The translations under genes were made by a program, and so were the position numbers. The notes beneath the pieces are model-generated. The model had not been told where the DNA came from. It was given only the letters and a program-made list of their open reading frames with translations, and did no database searches. From Mobula hypostoma (lineage: Eukaryota), in the NCBI RefSeq assembly GCF_963921235.1, contig NC_086097.1, positions 119,166,001-119,230,000 of the forward strand: a DNA stretch of 64,000 bases, written 5' to 3'. Positions 51,683-63,862 of the stretch are shown in pieces. The number at the start of each line of letters is the position of its first letter. The stretch's first letter is position 1.

Positions 51683-52148
51683 TTAGGATGTGAAAGCTTT
51701 AGAGAGGGTGCAGTGGAGATTTACTAGGATGCTGCCCAGATTGGAGAATATATCTTCTGAAGATTGGTTGAGCAGGTTAGAACTTATCTCTTTGGATTGA
51801 AGGAGGATGAGAGGTGATTTGATAGAGGTGTACAAGATGAGAAGCAGCATACATGGATCAAACGGACATAGTCTTTTTCCCAGGGTGGAAATGGCTAACA
51901 CAAGGAGACATAAATAAAGGTGATTGGCGGAAAGTATAGGTTGGATGTCAGAGGTAAGATTTTTACACAGAAAATGATGTGTATGTGGAATGTCCTGCCA
52001 AATGTGGTGTGAGAGGCAGATACATTAGGAACATTAAAGAGCCACAGGAATGACAGAAAAATGGAAGATCGTAGAGTAGGTTAAGAGGTTGGAACAACAT
52101 TGTGGGCCAAAGGGCCTGTAATGTGCTGTAATCTTCTATATTCTATGC
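51683..52148 (+). mobile_element. CR1 3' fragment
   Basis: gctttagagagggtgcagtggagatttactaggatg ... gggcctgtaatgtgctgta..ttctatattctatg. Confidence 0.85.
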
Positions 52149-52667
52149 TTCCTACCTAGTAGCTGCATTAGTAATTAAAGAAGGTAGATTAGGGAGAGTT
52201 CAAGTCAAATCAAGTTGATTTTATTGTCATATGCACATGTGTGTCACATGCATAGGTCAAGATGGACAATGGCCTACATCCCATGAATAGACAAAGCTGT
52301 AATTACTCCTCTCCCATCCAAAACCTTACATCTCCAGGGGCAGAATAAATACATAGATAACATCCCAGGCTAATGAAAAACAAAGTTATCTCCAACTACT
52401 TATACAGATTTATTCTGATCGCCTGTTTAAGAACAGTGATTACATTGGTTACCTGGGTGTAATTGGGTGGTGCAGATGCATTGGGCTGGAAGGGCCTGTT
52501 AACACATTATATCTCTAAACTTAAATTAAAAATTAAATTAACATCTTGAATGTTAAAGTCTATTGTCAGTCTTATGACCATAAGTGGAATAAATTTGCTG
52601 ATATTTCACAGGAAAGTGACTCTTGGAGTTTCTATATTTCTGAATAAGTAGGCAACATATTTTGTTC

Positions 52668-52803
52668 GTAAACAACAGGAATTCTGCAGATGCTGGAAAT
52701 TCAAGCAACATACATCAAAGTTGCTGGTGAACGCAGCAGGCCAAGCAGCATCTATATAGATGCTGCTTGGCCTGCTGCGTTCACCAGCAACTTTGATGTA
52801 TGT
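52668..52803. mobile_element. Mini Penelope fold-back insertion with a perfect 96-bp palindrome (52708-52803)
   Basis: 14-bp TSD aacatattttgttc (52654-52667 / 52804-52817); base-by-base symmetry about 52755/52756. Confidence 0.95.
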
Positions 52804-53029
52804 AACATATTTTGTTCTACTGTATTCAATGGGTTGTTGAACAGAATTATCTTTTTTTCAGGGGTAGATCACTTAACTGAGATAAATGTGTGTTTAACTT
52901 TCAGGTGCACCGTTTACACAAGATAAAAAGAACCCGCAGATCCTCATGGAAGCTCATTGACTCCAAGCTTTTCCTATATAATGCCCTTTCCATGGAAGCA
53001 GTTTCATCTACTAAATGATTCCATTGTTT

Positions 53030-54480
53030 TCAGAACACAAAAACGTGGGACAGAGAACAATTTAGCACAGGAACAGGCCTTTTCAACCAATTAAATTAGT
53101 AATCAAATGGCCAAGTAAACTAAACTCCTCTTCCTACACAATGTCTATATCCTTTCATTTTCTTCACATTCATGTTCCTTACTAAACATCCCTTAAAAGT
53201 CCCTAATGTATCTGTCTTTACCACCACTCCACGTGGTGCAATCTGGGCACCTACCACTCTCTGTGTAAAAGCATACCCTTCACATCACGTTTGAAATTAT
53301 TCCTTTTCACCTTAAATGCATGGCCACTGGTATTAGAAATTTGAACCCTGAGAAAAAGTACCATCTTTCTAATTTATCTACGCGTCTCATAATCTATGTA
53401 ACTGCTATACTGTAGGTATTCCATTTTAGCAGTTCTGTAAGAGCAGTCAGTTCTGCTTTCAGCCTGTTTGGGTTTGAGCTGCAATAAGACGCTTTGTTGT
53501 TCAGCTTAGGAATGTGGTGTCAGCCAGTCAAGATGGTGGAATTAGGAGGAGGTCCTAGAGAACGCTGGGTGGAGAGGTTTTGTGAGGGTCATTGGTGTGG
53601 GTCGAGATCTTTGTTGGTGAGACCTGGGAGAAGACAGGTGGAAAGATGTTGAGGATGTCGTCCCTGTTGCACAATGGCTTCAAGGAGGAATGACCAATAC
53701 TCTCATGGGAAACCCATATGTTCGAGATGGATTTTGAACAATATTGACAAACTGGTGTATAATTTCATGCAGACCGAGTGTCCAGCACGTGAATTACGGA
53801 CAAGCTCAAGATGAGATACAACTTATGTGCACATTTGACTGTTTAATTATAATGGGACCTTTTTTTGGCTTTCTTTTCTTTAACAACTCTTTGGTTAAGT
53901 TAACATTCAGAAATCTGCTGTCTTTATAATTGTATGCCGTGTACAGTCTGTTATTTCTTGCTGAAGGGTGATTGCAGGGGAGCAGTAAATCAAAGGGCAT
54001 TCACACAAACCAGGGTTTGGGTGCACGAGCCATCCCAGCCTCACGGGATTGGCAGAACCAAAGTGTACACTCTAGACGTACGGCGGCTGAGAAAGGAGGG
54101 TTTCTCACTGCAGTGGCCAGTGGCTTTTAGCGAGGGGCTAACGAGCCTTACTTCCAGGATGCCCAGTAAAAAGGGGTTTCACTTATAAACCTCCATCAGA
54201 TCTCTGCTCGGCCTCTGCTGCTCCAGAGAAAACAACCCGAGTTTGTCCAACCTCTCATTATAGCACACGCCCTCTAATCCAGGCAGCATCTTGGTAGATC
54301 TCTTCTGCACCTTTTCCAAAGCTGGGATATCCTTCCTACAATGGGCGACCAGAACTGTATACAATACTCCAGATGTGGCCGAACTCTAAAGCTGCAACAT
54401 AACTTTCTGGATTTTAAACTGAATGTCTTGCCTAATAAAGGTAAGCTTAACCATATGACTACTTAACCACCTTATAGACA
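53030..54480 (-). mobile_element. CR1 3' fragment split by a solo LTR
   Basis: RKDIPALEKVQKRSTKMLPGLE..ERLDKLGLFSLE; the sequence continues across the insertion (ctcataatc|ttataaacc). Confidence 0.85.
53397..54181. mobile_element. Solo LTR
   Basis: TGTAAC...GTTTCA termini interrupting CR1; degenerate 4-bp TSD (tcta/ctta). Confidence 0.75.
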
Positions 54481-54854
54481 CATGGATATGTGTTCGTTTT
54501 ATGTTTAAGCAAGGACAGATATTCTTTAAGAGAAAAGACACTATTACATATTGCAAGTAGCAATATATGACCTCAAAATGCACGACAAGTACGCTAGGTT
54601 TTAAAAGAGCAAAGATGTTCAAGCTCTTGGTTATGCAGAGAAGGCAGTAGAAATCTAGGGATCTTGCACTAACAGTAGAAGATTATTTCCTTCATTGCCT
54701 GTAGTTATTAAACTAACACTATCTCCTTTTTCAGGGATAGCTTGAGTTAAACTGATGAAGCATGAATGTACAGATAGCAAGATGTTTAATTGCCTGACCC
54801 GGCTGTTGGATAGAAAAGGAATACAAATTTACCTTCACTCTGTCAACTACAACA

Positions 54855-55485
54855 GATAGGATTTCTTTGTGGCCACCGATTTTAATTCTACTTCCCATTC
54901 CCATTCCGACATGTCAGTCAATGACTTCCTCTACTACCATGATGAGTCCTTCTCATGTTGGAGGAGCAAGTTTGTATATTCTGTCTGAGTAGCTTCCAAC
55001 CTGATGGCATTGACATTGATTTCTCTAACTTCTGGAAGTTTCTCTCCCTTCCCCTTCTCGCTTTTTGCATTCCTCATTCTGGCTACCCTCTTACGCCTTC
55101 CCTTCTCCTCACATGCCCATCACCACCCTCTGGTCACCCTCCTCGTTCCCTTTCTCCCACATTCCACTGTCTGCTCCTATCATGTTTCTTCTTTGGTTCT
55201 TTCCCTTTGCCACCTATCACCTCCCAACTTCTCACTTCATCCCTTCTCTCCCACCCACCCAACTTCACCCTCACCCAGCTTCACCTGTCTCTAGCCAGCT
55301 TATACGCCATCCTCCATTTATAGCTTCCTATTCTGGCTTCTTCACCTTTCATTTTGAGTCCTGATGAAGGATCTCAGTTTGAAATATTGACTGTTTATCC
55401 ATCTCCATAAATAATGCCTGACCTGTTGAGTTCTTCCTGCAATACTCTGGATCTTCAGCATCTACAGAAACTCTTGTGTTTATGA
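54855..55485 (+). mobile_element. Penelope 3' fragment with a degenerate hammerhead (~55357-55393)
   Basis: LEEQVCIFCLSSFQPDGIDIDFSNF; agtcctgatgaagg..gaaatattgact. Confidence 0.85.
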
Positions 55486-55764
55486 TACACATATAGGAGC
55501 ATCAAATTTGACTTCTGTCTTCAAGAATGGGTTGGGTGAATTTGAGAAGATAGCTGCTCTTGTCCGGAATGAGCCGTCTTTCTCAGGAGCAGTTCTAGTA
55601 TCATTTATTAAGTCCAGAATAGAAACCCTGCCAACTTTAAACTGCAGTAAGTTTTGTCAGGTAAAGGAAAATGAAAGGGCTGCCAATGCAGCCCCAAAGA
55701 GGTGTATAGCTGTGGACAGTTGGAAAGCCACAAGTTCTCAAGGCAACGAGGTCTTAGGCTACAT

Positions 55765-55844
55765 CAGGGGTTCCCAACCTTATTTAATTCCGTAGACAAA
55801 TACCATTAAGCAAGGGGTCCTTGGACCCCAAGTTGGGAACCCTG
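55765..55844. mobile_element. 80-bp hAT (Charlie-like) MITE
   Basis: TIR caggggttcccaac / gttgggaaccctg; 8-bp TSD ggctacat / ggctagat. Confidence 0.85.
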
Positions 55845-56346
55845 GGCTAGATCATACTTGCAATGAAGTCCTGTTGTTCATATCTAGCCAACTGCCACTC
55901 TCCTACCCATCAGATATGAAAGATTCAAGCTTCAAGAATAAAGGTGGTTTATTGGCGTTCTTCAGTGCACAAGTGTAAAGGAGATCAAAATGATTTTTAC
56001 ACTGGATCTGATGCAGCATAAAAAATATTCAGTCGCAATAAATATATTCATCCATCTATTGAAGACTTGTACCTAACATACATCTTGTGCTTCCGAAGTG
56101 CTTCACAATAACTCGAGGAAGTTCATACCTTGGATCGACCTGAGTATTTCCAGTAGTGAGCTCACATAGTCATAAATGACAGGTCAAGACAGTAAAACAC
56201 TGTGAGTAGTGGCATGCTGTGTGTATTATATTGCTGTCATTGCCATCAGAGCCATGTAACATCTGACTTATAAAGAGATGTAATATTGGTATCTGCCAAT
56301 ACATTCAAAGAGACGAATAATATTTCATTATTGATACTTAAATCAG

Positions 56347-56491
56347 CTTCTCCATGGATTGTCTCCTTGTCGTGGTGGAGAAGCTTGTGTGGTCCTGTGA
56401 TCCCGAGAGCAATGCCATCTGGAGCTATGCTCCTGGTAGGGTCACCCATGATAGTAAGGTTGAGGGTGAGGACCCTGACAAAGAACAATCC
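56347..56491 (+). ncRNA. HDV-like ribozyme candidate
   Basis: P1 cttctcc(56347-53)/ggagaag(56377-83); P2 ggattgtc(56356-63)/g(a)acaatcc(56483-91); P3 cc/gg around a 7-nt L3 ttgtcgt; J4/2 Caaa with the candidate catalytic C at 56479. Confidence 0.6.
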
Positions 56492-56765
56492 AACCAAGAC
56501 CTCAACAGTGGAACAGGCGGACAAAGTTACTTTGAACTCAATGGCTGTGAAGGCGGATGAAGGCTGCAACAAATCCATCAGTCCAATCATTGTGGTTTCC
56601 ATGCCATTGGAATCAGTTGTTTGATTTGTTAAGTATCGTGTGCTTCTTGGAGTGCAACACCAAGTACACGTTAAACAAATACCCGCACAGGCATCTTTGC
56701 TCTGTGGGCCACTTCTTCAGAATGAAGACCATCATCCTCGACCTCAAGGGGTAGCCACGACGACG
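56347..56765 (+). mobile_element. 419-bp non-autonomous RTE-like retroelement
   Basis: Perfect 11-bp TSD acttaaatcag (56336-56346 / 56766-56776); RTE/Expander-like 5' UTR (ccttgtcgtggtggag..ctggtagggtcaccc); (ACG)n tail; no RT. Confidence 0.85.
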
Positions 56766-58809
56766 ACTTAAATCAGGTTTTCTGTTGATGAAAGAAAACA
56801 ATAGTTAGCTCCCTGTTAAGATAAAGCCAGACAATTAGATTTCCAATGAGTTTTCCTCTCTAGTTGATGAAATTTTAGCAATGAATTGTGGTAGGAAAGG
56901 AAAAAAAATCTATTTTTGTATTTATTGCAATCTTGTTTGCATAAGATTGATGGGAAACATAATTAATGTTATTGATTGGATTCTATTGAAAGATCTAACA
57001 ATTAAACTATATTTTTTCCACAACCTGCATTATGTTTAAAGGTATCTGAAGAGCTATAAACCAGAACGAATCCTGTTAAGAAGTAATTAACACTTAATGC
57101 TGTGGAGAAGCGAAGTTCGCAGAGATACCCACAGTAGAAACACAGCTCTGAGATAGTGCTGAGGGTATGTGATTGGGAATTAACAGGAGCTTGGTTTACA
57201 TAATCAGGAATCATCAATTTACCTCAAAAAATCCCATCCAGCAAAACAAACTATTGCTGGAGGTATCATTTCTTCCCTAAAGCATTTTAATGAGTGTTAT
57301 CTCCCAAATCTGAGTCCATTTCTATTGGCATGATTTCACTTAGACTTCCAACTATAATTCCAAAGTGGTGCAAAGCATTTCTGTAGCAATGCTAAAACTA
57401 TGCTCCCCTTATCTTACCTATCCTCCCCTCAACTTCATTTCCTGTTAGCCATACAATTCTCTCCCATTAATCCTTCAGTATTATTTAGTTATATAAGAAC
57501 AGTAACCTGAGTCAACTGCTACCTAAAGAGAAAATGTTGGGAATACACAGGAGATTATCCAGCCCTCAAATGGCCTAATAATATCATTTGTGGTTTTATG
57601 TCAACTTTTGCCAAATAATACTCTGACACCCCTAAATAATATTCCTAGTGGTGAGATATAAATAAGTAGTAAAACTCTCATAACCTGCAATGGAAATACC
57701 AATATTTTGATACATGTTTCACTGGCTGTTTTTCTCTGCGCTTAACTCCCCGGGGCCTGTTCGCACAGTCCTTTTAAACTCAGAGGCCCTTAATTTTCTG
57801 TGCATCTTTTAAATCTACCAGGGGCCCATTTAATGTGCTGATTTTAGAAACACAAGGGCCTTGTTTCCCATAATCCCTTTAAATTTACCACAGCCCTATT
57901 TCCCATATTGCCTTTTACTGAAAAGTGTATTATGATACTGTATAACATATAAAATTAAGTAGAATGTGTGTTGTGTTATTAGTTGCAGCAACGTCCAGTC
58001 ATCTGGCAGATCTGCCAGTTCAGCACCACCAGTAGAGTCTTGAGGTTGCCGGACCGCAGGAGTTTCACTGGAAATTCTCTACTTTGTAGAATTTTGAGAT
58101 TAATTTTCAGGCTATATTTGCGCATATTTTGACTGAAGTAAGCAATCATATCCACAGAATGCTTCAAGAAATATAAAAGCAAAAATCTATCGATTAATTG
58201 CAACCATTTCTTAGAAATGTGCAGAATGTCCTTCAATGTTAAAGTTGTACATTAAATGTTTTTTTTTAGTTTATATACAAAGCAGCAATAATCAAATGGA
58301 TTTCTAAATTGTTCAGCCTTGCTGTGGCCCTTAATGAGTTGTCTCAAATAGTCTGTCAGGGTCAAATATGAAATTGAAGTGGCATATTCTCCACACAGGA
58401 AGAAAGACAGCATTAGAAACATGGGTCAATACCCTAATCTTTCAATAGTGTAAATTAAGAGGTTTGAAAGCAGGTGGATGATACACCTTTGCAGCTGAAG
58501 AATATACATACATGACATTGATGAATTTGAAAAAAAAGTAAGAGAATCTATTCAGGGCCTAGAAATGTTGCTGTTGGATTCACTACATGACTGATTACTG
58601 TGCTGGCATTAAAACTCAACATTTTGCCACTTTATTGTTTATCTTAGCAGTGTGCAAAGATATAAATCCCAATCTTCTTACACATTCATTTTAAAGCCCA
58701 TCTTTTTTTTAATCTTTTGATGAGTGGGACTTTAGACATTAAATAATTTTGAAAGGATCACTTAAAAATAATAATTGCTCAATGGGGATGCGAGAGTCTG
58801 CAGACTCCT

Positions 58810-60200
58810 GATTCTAGATGGCTTATTGTCATGCATCAATACATAAGTGAAAGAAATATGATTGTTACTCTGAATCTGATACAACATAAACAACAGAATT
58901 GATTAAAGAACACTACAAAGACACAGTAAATATACGACCATGAGATTGGCCTACATACATAGACTGATTACATGTACATAAAGTGATGCTATATACAGAA
59001 GTATCTGAACGTAAGGTGACTCTGAGAGGAAATTTTGAAGAGGCGGTGGACAAGTGTGGTAGGATGTCGATCAGCCTGATGGCTTTGGGGGAAGTAACTG
59101 TTTCTCTGTATGCTGGTCTCAGCATGGATGCTGCATAGCTTCTTCCCTGATGATAGTGAGACAAACAGTCCATGAGCAGAGTGACAGTGGTCCTGCTTGA
59201 TATTGCTGGCCTTTTCGCATTCAAAGTGTCAATGGATAATTTGTACTGTACCCTACAATAGTTAATTCATACACATAACTTTGTTTATCTAATGCATAGT
59301 TAATTTGTAAATTTAATTCTTACTTTCCTAAGTTATTGTGTGTTATGTGTATGTTATGTATACTGCCGTGCTTTACACCCTGGTCTGGAGAAATATTGTC
59401 TCATTTGGCTGTATACATCTACGAGGTATATATTTAAATAACAATAAACTTCTTGACTTTTTCCATCATTTTTCTATATGTACATCCCTGATGACCGGTA
59501 GGCTGGTGCTAGTGATGAGCTGGTGAATTTTAGCTACCAGTTATAGAGCCACAGTGCAGTTTCTGTACCATACGGTGATGCAGCACATCAGGATGCTCAC
59601 AGCTGCTCGTCTGTAGAAGGTTATAAGTATTGATGGGCATATTACAGCTCTCTAGAGGCTCATCAGAAACTAACGATGTTGGTGAGCTTTTCTGATTGCG
59701 TAGGATGAGTTCTGGGACCAGAAGAGATTGTATGAAGTGTGCACTCCCAGGACTTTGAAACTCCTCGTAGTTTCTACTGCTGTGCTGGTGATGTAAAGGG
59801 GAGTGTGAGAGGTACGAGTACTCTTGAAGTCAATAACCATCTCCATTGTCTTGTTGACATTAAGCAAAAGGCTATTTGCCTGGCACCAAGTTTCGAGTTC
59901 TTCCACCTCCTCTCAGTAGCCATCTCATCGTTGTTGGTGATGAGCCCCAGAACTGTTGCGTCATTGGGGAACTTGACAATGGGATTACTCGGGTGTTTGG
60001 CTGTCCAGTCATGCGTGAGCAGAGTGTACAGCAGTGGGCTCAGCACACAGCCCTGGGGGCACCCATGTTAAGCATAATGGGCAGGAAGGAGTGGTTGTAC
60101 ATCCTGAATATCTGAGGTCTGTTGGTTAGGAAGTCCAACACCCAGTTGCACAGAGGTGTATTTAAAAAGAGGAGTAGTAGTTTGTCCACCAAGGTGTGTG
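58810..60200 (-). mobile_element. Rex1/Babar LINE fragment, with a + strand Rex 3' piece nested at ~59240-59460
   Basis: LSPLLYTLLTHDW..IVKFPNDATVLGLI, WCQANSLLLNVNKTMEMVIDF. Confidence 0.88.
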
Positions 60201-60211
60201 AAGCAATAGTT

Positions 60212-63200
60212 TCGAATACTGGGAATCTGGACCAAGATGTACAAAATGCTAGAGGAACTCAGCAGGTCAGGTGGCATCTATGGAAGGAAATGAACAGCTA
60301 AATTTTCTTGCCAAGACCCTTCATCAGGACTGGAAAGAAAGAGGGGCACATATCTGAATAAAAAGGGGGCTGACGGGGGGGGGGGGAGCATGAGCTGACA
60401 AGTGACTTGTGAATCCAGGTGACTTGGGGAGAAGGTGAGTTGGGGGGGGGAGGTGGGTTAGTGCGGGAGGGCAGACAGGGAAATGTGTGAGAAGCTGAGA
60501 AGTATTATGGAGAGAAGGTAAAATGCTGAAGAGGAAGGAATCTGATAGGAGAGGACAGTAGACCCTGGAATAAAGGGAAGAAATTGGGGATCCAGAGGGA
60601 GGAATGTGTAGAGGTGTAGATGATCAGAAGGCTGTGAGGATGGGGAAGGACGAAGAGAAGGAGTAAAGGGGCTAGAGGGATAAATAAAAAATAAGGTGGG
60701 GTGGAAACAGAGGCAAATGGAAAATGTTGTTGATGCCATCAGATTGGTGACTACCAAGACAGAATATGAGGAGTTGTTTCTCTAATTTACGTCTGGTCTC
60801 AACTTGGTGGTAGAAGAGTCCATAGACAGATATATCCGTGTAAGGATGGGAAATAGAATTTAAATGGCTGGCCACCAGGAGATCCAGGCTGCAATAGTGG
60901 GCAGGATGAAGGTGTTCATTAAAGTGGTCCCCAATCTGCATCAGATCTCACTGTTATAGAGGAGGCTGGACTGGGAGTACCTAATACAATAAATGACACC
61001 AGCAGATTCACAGAGGAAGTGTTGCTTTGTATGGAAGGAATGGAGAGGGGAAGATGTTCCTGGTGGTGGGATCCTGTTAAAGATGGCAGAACTTGAGGAG
61101 AATGGTGTACGATGCAAACCTACTGACTCTCACAGTTGCCTTGCTATAGCTCATCACACCCTGTCACCTGTAAAAACGCAGTTCCCTGCTCTCAGTTCAA
61201 CTGTTTCCACAGCATTTGTTCTCAGGATGAGGGTTTCCATTCTGAAACATCTAAGATGTCCCCTTTTCTCAAATAATGCTGTTTTATTTCCATCACTATT
61301 GAAACTGCATTCATTAGCATCTCCTCCATTTCCTCAGATTGGCCCTCACCCCACCTTCCTACTGTTGTAAGAGGAAAGGGTTCCCCTTGTCTTTACCTAC
61401 CACTCCACAAGTCTGCGGGAGGAGAAGATGGCAGCGCGCCTGCGCATGCGCAGCCCTCCGGTGAAAAATGATATCGTACCTATTAAATAGGGGCCGTGGA
61501 CAATTCTGATTTGATGGAGAATGGACGTGAAAGCACAAAGGAACATCTGGAGAAATTTCTGAAATGCCCGTTCGCTGCTGTCGTTACTGTGTGGTCGGGA
61601 ATCTTTTGGAGGGTAGACCTTAAAATCCCCGGCCCTGCCTGCTTTTGGTGACCGAGAAGGAGGTCGAATCGTTCGGACAGAGATGGCGCTCAGTACAGTC
61701 GTAGAGCTGATCAGAGCTCGAAGTTTTCGGAGGACTCAGAGTCGAATTGTGTCCATAAGACCATAAGACAAAGGAGCAGAAGTAGGCCATTCGGCCCATC
61801 GAGTCTGCTCCGCCATTTTGTCATGAGCTGATCCATTTTATCCTATTTAGTCCCACTGCCCCGCCTTCTCACCATAACCTTTGATGCCCTGGCTACTCAG
61901 ATACCTATCAATCTCTGCCTCTGTGGTCGGGCACGGCAGGGAGAGTTTTTCTTCCTCCTCCCGTCTGTGTGAGATGTGGGACATTTGAGAAACTTTGAAC
62001 TTTACTGCACTCATGGACTTCTTCATCAAGTTATGATACTGTTGCACTGTTTGTATCTACAAACATTTGTATATGTTATAATTATGTGGTTTAGTCAGTT
62101 TTTTTGGTCTTGGTCTGTCCTGTGTTTTGTGATATCACACCGGAGGAAATAATGTATCATTTCTTAACGCATGCATCACCAAATGACAACAAAAGAGGAC
62201 TACGTGTCTTCATAATCCTATATCCAGCACATTGTTCTCTGCAGCTTCTGGTATATCCAAAGAAATCCTAACACGAAGCACATCTTTCCCTCTCCCACAC
62301 CACACTTTCTGTAGGGGTCACTCCAAAAGTGACTCCCTTGCCCACTCATCTGTCCCCGCTGATTTCCCTCCTGGCACTTATGCCTACAAGCGGGACAAGA
62401 GCCGTCTGTTCCTACACCATCTCCTTCATAACCAGTTAGGGCCCCAAACAGTCCTTTCAGGAGAGGCAACACTTCACCTGTGGGTCTCTCGGGGATATCT
62501 ATTGTAGCTGATACTCCCAGTGCAGCCTCCTCCACATCGGTGATGCAGTTAGGGGACCACTTTGTCAAACACCTTCACTCTGTCAGTCGCAAAAGGCAGG
62601 GTCTCCCGGTGACTATCCATTTCAATTCTACTTCCCATTCTCTTCTGACATGTCAGCCCATGGCATCCTGTACTGCCACGATGAGGCCACACTCAGGTTG
62701 GGCGGGGGGGGAAACACTTTATATTCCATCTAGGTAGCCTCCAACCTGATGGCATCAACATTGATTTCCCTAACTTCCAGTAATTACTCACTACCCCAAC
62801 TCCTTCTCTCACTTTTCCATTCTTTATTCTGTTACTCTCTCACCTCTTCTCTCTCCTCACTTGCCCATCACCTCTCTCAGGATCCACTCATCCTTCCTTT
62901 ACTTCCACGGTCCACTGTCCTCTCCAATTAGATTCCTTCTTCTTCAGTCCTTTAACTTTTACGTCTATCACCTGCCACTTTCCTATTTCATAGCCCTACA
63001 CTCAATTCTCCCCCATTGTGTTTCACCCATCACCTATCAGGTTGTATTTCTTCCCCTTCCTCCACCTTCTTATTTTGACTACTCCTCATTTTCTTTCCAG
63101 TCTTGATGAAAAGTTTCAACCCATAATGTTGACTGTCTATTCCCCTTTGTAGATGCTGCCTGACTTGCTGAGTTTCTCCAGCATTTAACATGTATTGTTC

Positions 63201-63232
63201 AATACTTCCAGTTTCTCCAGAATCCCTTGTGT
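60212..63232. mobile_element. Old head-to-head Penelope (minus arm ~60212-61085; plus arm ~61090-61414 and 62217-63232)
   Basis: Minus GIY-YIG peptide IGDHFNEHL..VASHLNS; plus KPTDSHS..VPLVFTYH then IQHI..LGDHFVKHL; pLTR termini at both outer ends. Confidence 0.8.
61415..62217 (+). mobile_element. Non-coding CpG-rich repeat with a Rex-like 3' end, carrying a nested CR1 3' fragment (61753-61920, minus)
   Basis: Begins gaggagaagatggcagcgcg; ends acaccggaggaaataatgtatcatttc..aaatgacaacaaaagagg; it interrupts the Penelope ORF. Confidence 0.65.
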
Positions 63233-63234
63233 CA

Positions 63235-63700
63235 ACACTAATTCTACCTTATTCTCTTCATTTTCCTATCAGCTCACCCCAAAATGTAGCACTCATTTAC
63301 ACTGGAGGGACAATTTACAGTGGCCAGTTGACTTTCCATCCTCCATGTATTAGGCACAGGGAGGATGTACAAACTCCACACAGACAGCACGGGAGGTCAG
63401 GATCGAGCCCAGGTTATCGGTGCTGTTATGGGCTGACCAGTGGACCATTTGCAATCAGTATAAGTGTAAGACAGATTGTTGTGTGAAACCTTTAAGTATC
63501 ACCATACTTCCAGCACCAACGTGGCATGGGCACAACTCACTAACCCTAACTATAAGTTTTTGGAATGTGGGAGGAAACAGGCACCTATGCAAACAAGGAG
63601 AACATACCAACTCCTTATAGACAGTGCCAGGGATCAAACCCCAGTTGGTTGTTGCTGGCACTGTAAAGTGACTGTGCTAACTATTATGCTACCATGCCAC
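63235..63700 (-). mobile_element. Two adjacent HE1/V-SINE-like fragments
   Basis: cacagggaggatgtacaaactccacacagacagcac..ggatcgagccc; tgtgggaggaaacagg..ggagaacataccaactccttatagacag..gctaactattatgctacc. Confidence 0.7.
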
Positions 63701-63862
63701 TCCTGTGCCTGTGTATGTAAGTAGGTTGTCACCACACTTCCATCATAGCATGCCTAGAACTCGCTATGTGTGCATATGAGTGTGTATGTTTGAGACACTG
63801 TGCATTTGTGTATGTAAAAATACATGTGTGAGAGAAAATATGTGTTCGTGTGTGAGTGAGAC

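Noticed and set aside
57720..58070. Possible Tc/pogo-type MITE ending ccggaccgcaggagtttcactg
   Set aside because: No matching left TIR or TSD was found by eye; too weak to call.
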